Shown here piece by piece: positions 1 through 12,369 of a stretch of DNA of 64,000 nt. The DNA is from Octopus sinensis (taxonomy: Eukaryota): assembly GCF_006345805.1 (NCBI RefSeq), contig NC_043004.1, forward strand, positions 35,092,001-35,156,000, read 5' to 3'. Position 1 is the first letter of the stretch; each line of letters starts with the position of its first letter. A program made the translations under genes and the position numbers. The notes below the pieces were generated by a model, which was not told the origin of the DNA, did no database searches, and was given only the letters and a program-made list of their open reading frames with translations.

Positions 1-739
1 TTGAGAGTGAAGAAATTGGAAGGTCTTTTTTTCCAGAACTGAACCAGCCAGAGACTACAACATGCAACACCACCTGAGGCTGGAATCTCAAAGAACAGTA
101 CTGGAGAGTTGATAGACTTCAACAACGATTTTAAAAAGTAAATAGAAGCATCTCCCTTGGCTTCCTTTTGACAGCCATGTAATGCCTGAATGCCACGAGA
201 GATGTTCAAAGTTTCATTGTCCTAAGTTCAGCGCCCTCAGAACAGTCGGGACTTGAGTATGTTACCCCGATTATATTTACTTCTGTGATAGTAAATAATT
301 TGTGGTCTTAAACACCTAAGTTTTCAAAGACAGGTGTTACCTGTGCATTACACAATGCACCATAAATATACACCAGGTACAACTTTCTTAAAAAACTGAT
401 AAAGATATGTTGAAGGTCAGTCATTGACGACACACAAGCCATAATGTGTATTTGGCATACTCAAAAGAATATTGTAACTCTATGTTGTAATAACAATAAA
501 ACAAATTTAGTGTTTATTGAAGTAGTTTTGAATTTTGTAAATATTAAAAAGACTAAAGAGAATCAACAAATTTAATGAAATTTTTTCATGGTAATGAGTT
601 CATAAAAATAACAACGTAACCTTAATTTTCTTTTGTTAAGAATGTTTCACTGAAGTACTCAATACCCCCAAACTCCCCACATACATAATTTGTAATTAGA
701 TTTATCATGGCTATTGTTTATGTAATTTTTTTTTAATTG

Positions 740-1500
740 AACTTGATTTAATTCAAACACACTGTTGGTAGTTTATAGAAAGATTTTGTTGAGAAATGAT
801 CCACGAGATCATTAGTTTTCAAGCAAGCATTACTAATTCAATTGGAAACTGAGCGTAAATTATTCATTATTAGTTACAAAGGCTTCTGATTCAATAATAT
901 TGTATACAAGATTGATAAACAAAGTTTAGGTATTGAGCTGGAAATACATAGCTTTAAAATCTCATAAATTCTTGCAAAGATAAGAAGCTATACCAGTAAA
1001 TCACACCTTTGTAAAAGCTATAAACTGAGTGAAAAATAAAAGGCTTCTTTATCATTAAGAGTTCTTTCTTGAAATGGATGATGTTTTTCTTTTTCCAAAT
1101 ACAAAAAAGCATCTTGTTCTACATTTAATTTCAGCATAAAAAAAACCAGTTAAATCATAGCAGTTAAATGTAGCTTCCACCTTAATAATGGAATACTTAA
1201 GTTCCAAAAAATAAAATTTATGTATGGAGCTAGAAAAAAAATTAGCCATAAATTTTTATAAATTCCCACAAATTTAGCAAATTACATTCTAAATGAAGCC
1301 TTCATAATAGATGCAAATTGAATAAAAATGGAACACCCCTAGTCATTTGAAGTTCCTTTTAAAAACATGCACAAGATCTTTCATAATTTAATCTTTAAGT
1401 GGATTGTTGTTGTTTCTTAATGTTTTTGTACAAAAATGTATTTCAGATCATAAATTTTAGCATAGCCTCCTCCCCGCACATCAAATCATACCTGTTGAAA
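740..1500 (-). pseudogene. Heavily degraded hAT-like transposase C-terminal (dimerisation) remnant, tentative
   Basis: Minus-strand translation with stops gives ...ARIYEILKLCI...QKPL*LIMNNLRSVSN...LVDHFSTKSF, loosely resembling the hAT C-terminal pattern ERSFSKLKLIKNYLRS...IIDDFA. There are many disablements. Confidence 0.3.
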
Positions 1501-2106
1501 GGCACCAGAAATAAATGGAGAAAATGAGCCTACATTTTATAGCTGATTTGTATCGAAAAGCCAAGAAAAATATGAAGCAGCAATTTTCTTGACAATCAGT
1601 GTACAGAAAAATTATTTATCTGATTCCAGTTGTATTTTTAATTCTATAGAGGCAATGCAGGAGAAGATCAGAATAGAGTTTATTCTGATATAATTACTTT
1701 CTAATTAAGCTTAATTGTAGTAAGTGTATGTACTTATGTAATTACATGTTGAGTTTAATTATTAACTAAAAACAATAAAAACTTGTGTAGGGTGACTGTT
1801 GACATAAAACGTTTATCAACAATTGTAGTCTAGTTATTGTTATTAAAAGCAACGTAACACTTTATGTTATGTACAATATCCAATATTTAACTCTTTCAAA
1901 AATTAATAAAATGACCTTTTACCATGTGGCTAGATGGAATATTTACTATTTGTATTGTGGTGCTCAGGATTTTAAGCTTTAACAGCAGCAGTTGGCAAAT
2001 TTGAACACAACATAACCAAAATATATGTGTATTGGGTTGGCAACTAAGTTCCCGCCGTTTTTTTAAATTTAAATTTTTTAAAAGGTTTAATAAAAAATAA
2101 CAACAA

Positions 2107-2298
2107 TTTATCAATAAAGTATTCACCCTTATTGTTTACAACTTCTTCCCAATGTTCAACAAGATTTTCAATGCCTCGTTGGTAGAAATCACCTGATTTC
2201 GACTCAAAAAAATCAATCCAATCAAGCTCTCAATTCTGCATCAGTATTCAATGAAACTCCACACATAGCATTTGAAAGAGATCGAAAGAGGTGAAAAT
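2107..2298 (-). pseudogene. Mariner transposase pseudogene, C-terminal part
   Basis: Translates as (D)FHLFRSLSNAMCGVSLNTDAELRA*LD*FFESKSGDFYQRGIENLVEHWEEVVNNKGEYFID. It continues in frame from SPDLVPMD on the other side of the LTR insertion. Confidence 0.9.
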
Positions 2299-2367
2299 TG
2301 TGGGATGACATCAGCAGCTGGGGAGCTGACCAGAAGAGGTAGGGGAAGGAGTGACATGCATGCTGGC

Positions 2368-4092
2368 TTAAGTCCGTCCTAGGGAAAGAGGACAAGATTA
2401 GAAAGGCCACCAGTTCTTACATAGATGACATTTTGGTGGACGAAACTGTAGTGCCAGCCAATGTGGTAGTGAGACATCTGAAGAAGTTCGGGCTGATTGC
2501 GAAGCCACCGGAGTCGATGGATAAGGGAGCTGCACTGGGGCTGAAGCTGCGAAGAGATAGATTGGGTGAGTTGGTGTTCCGGAGAGAAAATGAAATCCCA
2601 GAGCTGAGTTCCAGTGTCAGCAGGAGAGAGCTGTTCTCGGTGTGTGGGAAGTTGGTTGGTCCCTACCTGATCACTGGATGGCTACACACTGCGTGCAGTT
2701 ACACCAAGAGACAAGCGGAGGGGGAGAGTTGAGGTGACAAGGTGGGAGAAGGGATGGAAGGTGCTAAGGTGGAGGATGCGGCCTGGCTTCGGAAAGCAGA
2801 TGACTTTAACCACATCAATGTTGCTGAATTAGACGCGGTGCTGAAGGGGGTGAACTTGGCCCTGAAATGGGGGCTGCGCTGAAATTTTGATGGATTCATC
2901 CACTGTGCTTGGTTGGGTAGGATCGGTGATCACCAGTGAAAGGAGACTTTGGACGAAAGGTGCCGCGGAGATGTGGGTGAAGCGCCATCTAGGAGTTCTA
3001 GGAGAATTGATTGCCAAGTTCAGACTGAAGCTGAACGTGGTTTTCGTGCCTTCGGAGAGAAACAGGGCAGAAGTACTGACCAGGGTGAAAAGGGCATGGT
3101 TGGAGGAGCTGGAGGAGGCACAGAAAGGAATAGCTGCAGAGTGTTGGATGGATGACTCCGAACTGAAGAGACTGCATGCTATGCATCATTTGGGTGTGGA
3201 CAGGACCCTGTATCTTGCAAAGAAGATTGATGCTGACGTTACTAGGAGAAGCATCCGAAAAGTTGTTGGGAGCTGTGACAGGTGTTAGTCCATTGACCCT
3301 TTTCCATGTGGGCATGAGCAAGGAAATCTTTCGGTGGAGCACAACTGGAAAAGGCTCGCTGTGGATGTGACACACTACTGTCAGGGCATGTATCTTTCTA
3401 TGGTCGACTGTGGGCCGGGCCAGTTGGCCATTTGGAGGGAGTTGAGGACGGGCATTGCTGACGAGATTGCACAGATTTTGAACGGGATACTTTTAGAGAG
3501 GGGTCCCATGGAAGAACTGCTAATGGACAATGGGGTGGCATTTCATTTGGAAGCATTGAGGGATATGCTTGACCGGTGGAAAGTGCGTTGCTTGTTCAGA
3601 GCAGTATATAGGCCGAGCTGTAATGGAATCTTGGAGAGGTACCATCAGACAGTCAAGGCCATAGTGGAAAGAGGACACATTTCGCTGCTGGAAGCAGTTT
3701 TCTGGTACAACATATCTCCCTGATCCAGACAAGCTGAAGATTCTGTGCCGCACAGAGCGGTAATTAAATATGAATGGAGGCATCTGAGTAAAGCGCCAGA
3801 GTGCCACGAGGAAGAGAAGGGACCCGCTTGTGTGAAAATAGGGGAGGAAGTCTGGGTTAAGCCAGCGAAGGCGTACTGTACGTCTCAATGGAGCAGAGGA
3901 ACGGTGACAGCGGTCAATTCCAGAAACAACGTCTCCGTGGATAGAATGTCACGACATGTCTTGGACCTTTGCAGGATTGTCGTTTCGTCGGATGACGATT
4001 GTGGAGAAGAGGAGAATGAGGTGCCTAGCCTGAGAAGATCTCGATGCTCAAGGTGCCCTCCCGGTTGGATGGTGGACTTTGATGTGGAGTAG
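2368..4092 (+). pseudogene. gypsy pol remnant: RT end, RNase H, integrase (HHCC, DDE, GPY/F-like)
   Basis: YIDD at 2418-2429. RNase H segment: NVAELDAVLKGVNLALKW...DSSTVLGW. Zinc finger: HAMHHLGVDRT...CDRC. Integrase core: WKRLAVDVTHY, LMDNGVAF, RPSCNGILERYHQTVK. C-terminus: IGEEVWVKP...W..GTVTAV. Several stops and frameshifts. Confidence 0.92.
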
Positions 4093-4123
4093 AGAGAATG
4101 TGATCTTTAAGATCAGGGTGGCA

Positions 4124-4393
4124 TATGGGATGACGTCAACAGCTGGGGAGCTAACCGGAACTTGGGGCTGACTGGGAGAGGAAGGGGCAGGAGTGACGCG
4201 CGTGCAGGCAGGGGAGTACTGAGTCTTTTCGATCAGGGTAGCTGACAGAGCAGGACGTGTGAGTGCTTTGTCAAGGTAAGGGTAAAGCAGCTGCTATTTT
4301 TAGCCATGTGGAAGAATGCATTACCACTGAAGAGGTCTTTGTCGATGAAGAGAAGGTAGGTGTCTTTATTTCAAATCTCCCGCATACACCACA
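4124..4393 (+). repeat. 3' LTR (270 bp) of the gypsy element; only about 69 bp of the 5' LTR survive at 2299-2367
   Basis: tatgggatgacgtcaacagctggggagct at 4124 aligns with tgtgggatgacatcagcagctggggagct at 2299. The LTR ends in CA next to the TSD. Confidence 0.85.
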
Positions 4394-5252
4394 GAAATCC
4401 ATTGGTACCAAATCAGGAGAGCATGGCAGGTGTGGCAGCACTTTCCAGTCATGTTTTGAATGGTTTCCTTGGTCATATTGGTGATATGAGGGCAGGCGTT
4501 GTCGTGCAGCAGAAGAACTCCATGCTGCCAATTAGGTCTTTTCTCTTGAATAGCTGTGCTGAGTAGTTCCATCTGTCGAACATAGTGTTCTGCATTGACC
4601 CTTTAGTTTCATTCAAGCAATTCGTAATGGATAATCCCTTCCCAGTTCCACCAAACGTACAACATTGTTTTACGCAGATAAAGATCTTGTTTCATGCACG
4701 GTGTCGCTTCTTTACCAGGGCTAAGTGATTCTTTACGCTGCTTCATATTGATGTACAAGCACCATTTTTTGACGCCAGTAACGATTTGGTAAAGAAATCA
4801 TTGCTTGTGTCCATGAGTTGAGTGGTGATGAGCAAGAAAACCAGCAGAGATTGTGACTCATTGATTTTTGTTCTTGTCACTTAAAGCTTGCGGGACCCAT
4901 ACTCCATACTTCTGAAATTTTGCCATTGAGTGAAGATGCTTCTCTATAGAAGTGTGGGAGCATTCCATTTTCTCTGCCAGTTCCTTTGTCGTTTGACTAG
5001 AATTTCATGCAAAAGTTGGTTTAATCGCTCTTCATCGAACTCAACTGGATGACCAGAATGAGGTGCATCTTTGAGGTCAAAATTTCCATTTTTGAACTTG
5101 GCATACCAATCACGAGCAGTTCTTTCAGTTATGGCACCCTCTCCATACACAGCACATGTGTCACGAGCAGCTTTCGGGACCTTAGAACCTTGATTAAAAG
5201 CAAAAAGAAGGCAGTGTCAAAAATGTTTGTTTTTCTTAACCTGACATTCCAT
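4394..5252 (-). pseudogene. Mariner transposase pseudogene, N-terminal and catalytic part
   Basis: ATG at 5252 begins MECQVKKNKHF*HCLLFAFNQG...YGEGAITERTARDWYAKFKNGNFDLKDAPHSGHP (HTH region). Downstream are LLLHDNACPH and WKVLPHLPCSPDLVPMDF (YSPDL motif). Frameshifts and stops are present. Confidence 0.92.
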
Positions 5253-6012
5253 ATTAATGATCTGAAAATAAACAAAAATTAACTAAAATTAACTAGAAAA
5301 AAAAATAGATTCCAAAATTTATATAAAAGGCAGGAACTTAGTTGCCAACCCAATGTATATATATATATGTATGTATGTATGTATAGATGGATACACACAC
5401 ACACACACACATAGATGAAAGTCTGTTTGTGAAATTTGACAAACAACCAGCGATTGCCAAAAAAAAAAGTTAAGGGAGAGAGATGAAGAAATAAGAAATC
5501 AGAAGAACTCCAATGTGAACATTTTCTTCCGCTGAGGATCGAATGCTAATCATGATTGGAACCTCATCTGTGAAACTAAGTACAAAGATACACAGAGTGG
5601 GGCACAGAAAACTGAAACTGCTCCCCTTTGTGCCACATATTCCTTGAAACAATGACAATAGTAGTATTTCAGAGTTGCAGACATGTAGAATAACCTAACC
5701 ACCACAGAAAGAGTATTTGACCCTTATTTAGGGAGTCTATCAATTAGGTACCACACTTTTTTTTACCAATAAGATGCAGATGAAAGGACTTCTAAATAGG
5801 GAAAGTGTTGTCTGCACACTAGATTCATTCTCTGTTTCTCATACAATATATAGGTACTACATAAGAAGAGTGGTCCCGGTGCGCTCACTCGTGTAGTCGT
5901 GCATCCGCGTTAGCTAGTTGTGACTAGTCGATCCTACAACGACTACTTAGCAAAGTAAATAATTGGAGTGCTGTTAAAGTTTACAATATTTTCCTGCTGA
6001 ACTTTTGTAAGG

Positions 6013-6261
6013 CACAACTCTACCAGGTGAAATGTTTGAAGAAACCAATTCTTTTAATGAAGGGAAAATTAACAATTATGTAACATGGCTCAAGAGATTT
6101 CTTTCTGATGTTCCTTCTTTTAAATTACAAAATATTAAAAGTTTCCTTCCTTCTGATATTAATTCTTGGACTCCTGTATTTGTACGTAATGATGCCAGTC
6201 ATCATTCACTGAATTATAAATACACTGGACCTTTTAAAGTTCACTCAAAGATAAAACTATG
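6013..6261 (+). pseudogene. Gypsy/Ginger-type integrase C-terminal (GPY/F) fragment, copy 1
   Basis: Translates as WTPVFVRNDASHHSLNYKYTGPFKVHSK, matching the gypsy integrase pattern VFVRRD...YxGPFKV. It is a near-identical inverted paralog of 12446-12692. Confidence 0.7.
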
Positions 6262-6375
6262 GGATCTTTTCGCTTTGACTGGCAGATTTTTAAAATAATT
6301 TCTTTGCAACTAAACACTTTTAAACTTTGTATACTGGTAGAATGTGTCAAATAAAACATCTTTTTCTTTTAGCTT
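6262..6375 (+). mobile_element. Isolated end of the GGATC-MITE family
   Basis: ggatcttttcgctttgactggcag...aaactttgtatactggtagaatgtg matches the reverse complement of 10520-10632. Confidence 0.75.
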
Positions 6376-6647
6376 TCTATATATATATATACACACATAC
6401 ATATATATATATATGTATATGTGTGTGTATATATATATGTGTGTGTGTATATATATATATATGTGTGTGTGTGTATATATATATATGTATGTATGTATGT
6501 ATATATATATATGTATATGTGTATATATATATATGTATATATATATATGTATATATATGTATATATATATATATATATACACACACACGTGTATATATAT
6601 ATATAGATAGATAGATAGATAGATAGATAGACAGATAGAGAGAGAGA
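6369..6647. repeat. Compound microsatellite (TA/TG/TATG/GATA/GA)
   Basis: Visible directly in the sequence. It explains the YI/CV-rich pseudo-ORFs at 6310-6686. Confidence 0.95.
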
Positions 6648-8331
6648 GCATAGAATGAGACGTCGTTCATCTGTCTTCCCCCACAAAAATTAGTTTTGGT
6701 GGGAAAGAGTTTTGTTTTTGTTTTTCGTAAAACAATGGTACAAAGCTCGACTAGTCTTGCATGAAAGTGCTTTGACAGTAAAGAGGTAAGTAGCAGTTTG
6801 TCTGAATTTTTACCTGTCTACATACATACACAGTATTATATATATATATATATATATACAGTATATATGTATTTAATAATGGACCATGTAATTCACACTC
6901 TGGAAATTTTATTTCTGTAAAATTTTGGAAGTGGGTAAAATTACCCAACCCCATTTTTTGGACACCAAAAAGGGTTTTGTAGCATATTAGGATGTACACA
7001 GGAATTCATTCAACCAAAAAAAAAAAATCCAATGATTCAAGGACGAGGGGTGGGGGTCTCCCCCTTTGCCCACCCTTATATCCAAACCAAAATAATGGAT
7101 TTGCAGCGTATTAGGAGGTTAGGGTACTTGATTCCATGCAAAAAATCTGCGTATTCTTTTTTTTTTTATTATTATTTTGTTAGTGCGTGCGAGTGTTACT
7201 CTGGAAAATTACCATGATGGGTAGGAGGTTTGGTTGCCATTTCTAGCATGTTGAGTGACCCTCCCCCCTATAGAAACTCCCTCATAGACTTATACACCTG
7301 ATTGTTCTAGAAAAATTATTTGGTTGATGTATTTAATGAGTCTTCTATTGAATGACAGTGCCAAGCTGAAATCCTTCCAAAGGTAAGTTCTATGCACCAA
7401 AATAGAAGAATCTAATTGTGGCAGCAACAATGAGAATGGTAAAGAACCATTGACATATATTATTGATTGCAAGATGAAAGAGATCTTAAAAAAAATATCT
7501 ATTTGTGTTTATACTAACATGATGGTGGTTACTAACCAAACTCTAATAATGGATTGTTAATTTTGAAAATATCACCCTGCCGATGTCGAACACAATATTT
7601 CCTTGTGACCTTTACATGTTAATCTTTATTTTCATAAGTTAATAATTTTTATTTAACATAAAACCAAAAAAAAAAAAAAATCGAAATCAAAACTAAATTC
7701 TCAAGTTAAAAATGGTTTTTTGTTTTGCAGTGATTAATCAAAACGATCTTGATAATAATAATGATTATCATAATAATAAAAAAGTAATTGAAAAAATAAA
7801 AGACAAACACATTAATTAATGCTTCAAAAAAAAGCTTTGTATATTTGTTGGAGATAATATTTTATTATTTTATATTTTTCAAATATAGTATTTGTCGCCA
7901 TAGTTTTTTTTTTTCAGCATAAAAGATGTTGGTGCAATGGCTGTTTGACCTTTAAAACATGAAAAAAATCCTTGTGGTAAATGTGTGTTTTGTTAAGCTT
8001 GCCACAACATCCTCAGCAATGTGTTAGCTTCCTGAAAATGAAGAACCAAGGTTCTTGTATGCAACTAAAAACATTTCCAAAGTCAGATCAATAAAGTAAA
8101 AAGAGCAACAGAGACGAAGAACAAGGTTGTCTCTCTAAACTGTTACGACACTTCTAATGGTGTGTTTTACATAACAGGAATTTTACAAAGTTCTTGGATA
8201 ATATAGACAAACCCATACAAACAAAAACCTCGCATCTGTAGGCAGAGTGTTTGAATGGACAATAATATTAAGATACAAGTCTGCCTATGTACTTGTATGC
8301 ATACCTGTGTGTGTGTATATATATATATATA

Positions 8332-8545
8332 TATGCATATATTTTGCATACATAATCTATATACATGCATTTGTATATATATATATGTGGTGGGGTGTAT
8401 ATATACATACATATATGTAATATATATATATATATATATATATGCATATATTTTGTATGCATAATCTATATACATGCATTCGTATATATATGGTGGGGTG
8501 TATATATACATACATATATGTAATATATATGTATATATATATATA
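8332..8545. repeat. Tandem duplication of a ~109-bp microsatellite-containing unit
   Basis: The unit tatgcatatatttg(c/t)at(a/g)cataatctatatacatgcatt...ggtggggtgtatatatacatacatatatgtaat starts at about 8332 and again at 8441. Confidence 0.85.
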
Positions 8546-9099
8546 TACATGTACATAGAGAGAGTGAGAGAGAATAGACACACTGCATGTGTGTATACAC
8601 GCATACACATATGTTTTAAGCACATTGTCAGTGAGATCAATTTATGTTCGCTTGTCAATGGAAAGTATGAATATGTTTCAATTGATTCGTGGAATTTTGT
8701 GTGTGTTTCCCTGCATTTGTCATGGTATGTCAGAAACAAACTCACAGAAAAAAAAAATAGAATTCCAAACCAATTCTGAAGGTGATGAGAATGATGGATT
8801 CCCCTGGTTTGGTGATGGCTGTTCACTAAAAATTTAGAGCAATCATTCCCAAAGTGGGTATCATGACCTCAAGAGGGTGGAAAGATCTGAGTAAGATGTG
8901 AAGGAAAGGGCTGCTGTGGAGGTTATAGAGTTGTTCTCTTCAGTAGCAACACACAATTTATTTACATTATTGCAAAATCAGGAAGCATTAAACTTATATG
9001 GATGCACATATCTGGGTTTCCTTTCATCTGTTCCCTTTCGTATTTTAAAGGCAGCCATGCTATGGCACTGCCCTTTGAAGAAATTCACTCCAGTATTAT

Positions 9100-9413
9100 T
9101 ATTTTTTGAGCCTGGTACTTATTTTATTGGTCTCTTTTGTTGAAATGCCAAGTTACAGGGACAGAAATAAACCAACACCCATTGTAAATTGGTGGTAGGG
9201 GACAGATACAAATACAAACTCACGCACGCACACACACATGCATATAATGGCCTTCATTCAGTTTCTGCCTATCATATCCACTCGCAAGGTTTTAGTCAGT
9301 TTGAGGCTACAATAAAAGATACTTGCCCAAAGTACCATGTAATGGAACTGAGCCTGTAACCATATGGTTCAGAAGCAAACTTCGCAAACTTGTTACCACA
9401 TAGCCATGCCTGT
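9100..9413 (-). mobile_element. tRNA-derived CORE-type SINE, family A (diverged copy)
   Basis: Reverse complement of the head ggctgtgtggtaag...ttgggcaagt...gagtggatttgg seen intact at 47877-48290. Confidence 0.75.
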
Positions 9414-9489
9414 GATATACGTAAATACATACATACACACACACGCACTCACACACAAATACATTATGTATATGTGTGTGTGTATATTT

Positions 9490-9903
9490 CTTTACTACCC
9501 TCAAGGGGTTAAACACAGAGGGGACAAACAAGGACAGACAAATGGATTAAGTGGATTACATCGACCCCAGTGCGTAACTGGTACTTAATTTATCGACCCT
9601 GAAAGGATGAAAGGCAAAGTCAACCTTGCTGGAATTTGAACTCAGAACATAACGACAGACGAAATACCTATTTCTTTACTACTCACAAGGGACTAAACAC
9701 AGAGAGAAAAAACAAGGACAGACAAATGGATTAAGTCGATTATATCGACCCCAGTGCATAACTGGTACTTATTTAATCGACCCCGAAAGGATGAAAGACA
9801 AAGTCGACCTTGGCTGAATTTGAACTCAGAACGTAATGGCAGATGAAATACAGCTACGCATTTCGCCCAGCATGCTAACGTTTCTGCCAGCTTGCAGCCT
9901 TAA
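9490..9903 (-). mobile_element. tRNA-derived SINE, family C, with a tandemly duplicated core/tail
   Basis: Two consecutive copies of tttactac...aaacacagagggacaaacaaggacagacaaatggattaagt...cgacccc...ggatgaaaggcaaagtcgacc at about 9490 and 9675. The tRNA-like head is at about 9830-9900. Confidence 0.85.
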
Positions 9904-10196
9904 CATACTATCATGTTATGTTAGAAACCATGTTGCAAGGCTAATATCTAGAATTAGGTTTTATGGCCTGGACACACACCAAGTTTGACGGTACTGTGAA
10001 GTCTGGGCAGCTTTTTCACCACTTTGGCAATCTTCTGCATTCTTATATACACTTTTTATGGCTGGTTTGGTTACTGCTTGTGTACCACTACTTTTGTAAT
10101 GGTTTTTTAAAAATCTTACTTATGTTTCCTATTTGGAAATCGATAATAAATATATTTTACTTTTGGAGTAGGAATGTATATTGATAAACACGTCTC

Positions 10197-10632
10197 GGAT
10201 CTTTTCGGTTTGAACGGGAGATTTTTCTAGCGGTGTCATATGAAATTGTCACCCATAATTATGACCCTAATATCGATCTACTGGATTTCAATCTGTTTTA
10301 GGGTTAGGGTTAGTTAGGGTTAAGATTAGGGGTGGGGGGAAGGGTATCTTTTTTTCTTCACAAATGTAAATAAACCCAATCTGTTTCTTAAACGAGGCAC
10401 ATATTCATACGGCACAGAATGTTTTTTTTTACCTCAATAGACGTCACTGATTGGTTGGAATTGCAGAAATTGAAGAAAAAAAACAACAAATATCTTACAA
10501 GGTATAAAATTTTGTCAATAAAGCCAAGAGAAAAAGATGTTTTATAAACACATTCTACCAGTATACGAAGTTTAAAATTTTTTAGTTACCTAGAAATTAT
10601 GTGAAAAACTGCCGTTCAAACCAAAAAGATCC
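10197..10632. mobile_element. Complete 436-bp MITE with GGATC termini and 8-bp TSD
   Basis: TIRs are ggatcttttcggtttgaacgg (10197) and ccgttcaaaccaaaaagatcc (ending 10632). cacgtctc is duplicated at 10189-10196 and 10633-10640. Confidence 0.92.
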
Positions 10633-11550
10633 CACGTCTCTTATAACTTACAAGTGTTATCATTATACATAAATCCTGACTCCACCTACATAAACACCAT
10701 GCTAACGGACATTTTATGCGTGCATGTATGTTGAAGACAAATAAATTTGTGTTCTTTTAACCCCTATAAAAAAATACAGTTTCATAATTGCAGAAATAAA
10801 TTTCAATAAGTTGAAGAACGTGAAGAAAGAAATATAGAAATATAGCAGACGCACGACACACACAAACTCTCTCTCTCTCTCAAACACATGCACATAGTAA
10901 TTAATATATAAGCGTACACCCACATACAAACGGACATATACATACACACACAAGCATACATTACACGTTCGTGTTTTGCCACTTGCCGCAACAAATTTGC
11001 ACAAAAGGTAAATAAACCAGAAGGGGGGGGCAATGTTTCATCGTTTCGGGGTCGATAAATTAAGTACCAATTACGCACTGGTGTCGAGGATTTTTTCCCC
11101 AATTTATATCACACCTTCCGACAAGCTGGGGGCATCCTTTTATGAAAAAATATTTTGCAAATTTTTTACAATACTGCTCACACTCCACGCGCAAACTCGA
11201 GACCGATTTAGGCATATTATTGTTTTGTTTTTGTTGTTTCTGGTCCTTCAAAACCGTGGGAGAAGCCTCTTCGGTAAAAAAAAATAAAGAAAATATTCAA
11301 AAAATATCGTTAATATTTTTATTGGGAGACGAAATTCATTGATTTAAGAGATATAGCTGTTATTTCTAGCACATGTAGAAGACAGAAGACAGAAGAAGAG
11401 ACAAGGATGAATAAGACGTGTGCGTGTGAGTTTTTAGACGCAGTAAATAATTTGAGCTCGAATGCTGCGATTTCATTGGTTAAAATTCGTAAAATTAAAC
11501 TACGTTTAAGTTACGAATTACAATTTTGTTTTCAATTTTGTTTAACAATA

Positions 11551-11639
11551 ATGTTTTCTTTTGACACATTCTATCAGTATACGAAGTTTCAAATTGTTTA
11601 GTTAACTAGAAAATTCCGTCTATCAAACAGAAAAGATCC
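11551..11639 (-). mobile_element. Isolated end of the GGATC-MITE family
   Basis: acacattctatcagtatacgaagtttc...caaacagaaaagatcc matches 10545-10632. Confidence 0.75.
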
Positions 11640-12369
11640 AATATCCCAATGAGTGTTGTGGAGTTTTGTAACATCCAACGATCACTGAGTAATTTCTCAA
11701 AAATCATGGATTTTATAACTGCTCATATCCGAATTCTAAGAACCGTATTTCGTGAAAGATTTCTTTGACGAAAGTTCAGAATTCGTATTTGGGCAGTAAT
11801 TTTAACCGAAGGGATTACCAACAATTTTGCTTGTTCGGGCAGACGACCATTACGTCGGGCAGACGACAATTACGTCATATTGCTGCCTCTTCTGAATTGC
11901 TGCAATAAACTCTTCACCAAACAAATCGTCAATTTTGCGGAAAAGAATAATCATAATACATATATATTTCAATACAATGTTTGAATTAATATTTTTAGCA
12001 AGTCAAATATACAAATTTACAATGTATCCACAAATTTATAATGTTAAAGAAATGAAAATAACCGCTCATGACGGTTTTACAATAACAACAACGTTCTTGT
12101 AAAGTTTATCAAATTGTTCAATCTAATTTCTCTTGAAAAATAAATTACAAATCTTTTTTTAACAAAAAATTCCAGGAATATATTCAAACAAACTGAGAAA
12201 GTCTTTTGGGAAAATGTACAATTCTACCACTTCTAATTTTCTTTTCGCTGCTTGGTGATTTTAAAATTGACTTGTGGATCTTTTCCTCAACCTTAGGTTC
12301 GCTGTCTTGTGAATTGTTCTGTTTCAAGTTATTTTGAAATGTGTTGCTCAAATCTTTATTTTCATGACA

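Larger units (their letters stand above)
2299..4393 (+). mobile_element. Ty3/gypsy LTR retrotransposon, internally deleted (most of 5' LTR, gag, protease and N-terminal RT missing)
   Basis: Starts TGTGGGATGAC at 2299 and ends ...CACCACA at 4393. 5-bp TSD is aaaat (2294-2298) / gaaat (4394-4398). The domain order RT-RNaseH-integrase is the gypsy order. A purine-rich PPT-like tract precedes 4124. Confidence 0.9.
2032..5353 (-). mobile_element. Mariner DNA transposon (Hsmar1/cecropia-like), interrupted by an LTR element at 2299-4393
   Basis: TIRs: attgggttggcaactaagttcccgcc at 2031-2056 and ggcaggaacttagttgccaacccaat at 5329-5354, with 1 mismatch. TA on the left flank; the right flank reads TG. 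Transposase remnants lie between the TIRs. Confidence 0.93.

Noticed and set aside
6310-6686. Multiple overlapping ORFs rich in Y/I/C/V/H/T (also at 8167-8837, 24657-26193, 26373-26751, 35736-36033, 63194-63766)
   Set aside because: These are translations of (TA)n/(TG)n/(TATC)n microsatellites, which lack stop codons in several frames. They are not genes.
7993-8031. Minus-strand acceptor ttcttcattttcag followed by EANTLLRMLWQA*
   Set aside because: It is only 12 codons, with no recognisable homology or partner exon, and is expected by chance in AT-rich DNA.
11837-11876. 20-bp tandem duplication gggcagacgac(c/a)attacgtc
   Set aside because: Only two units with no spacer. It is a simple slippage duplication, not a CRISPR-like array.
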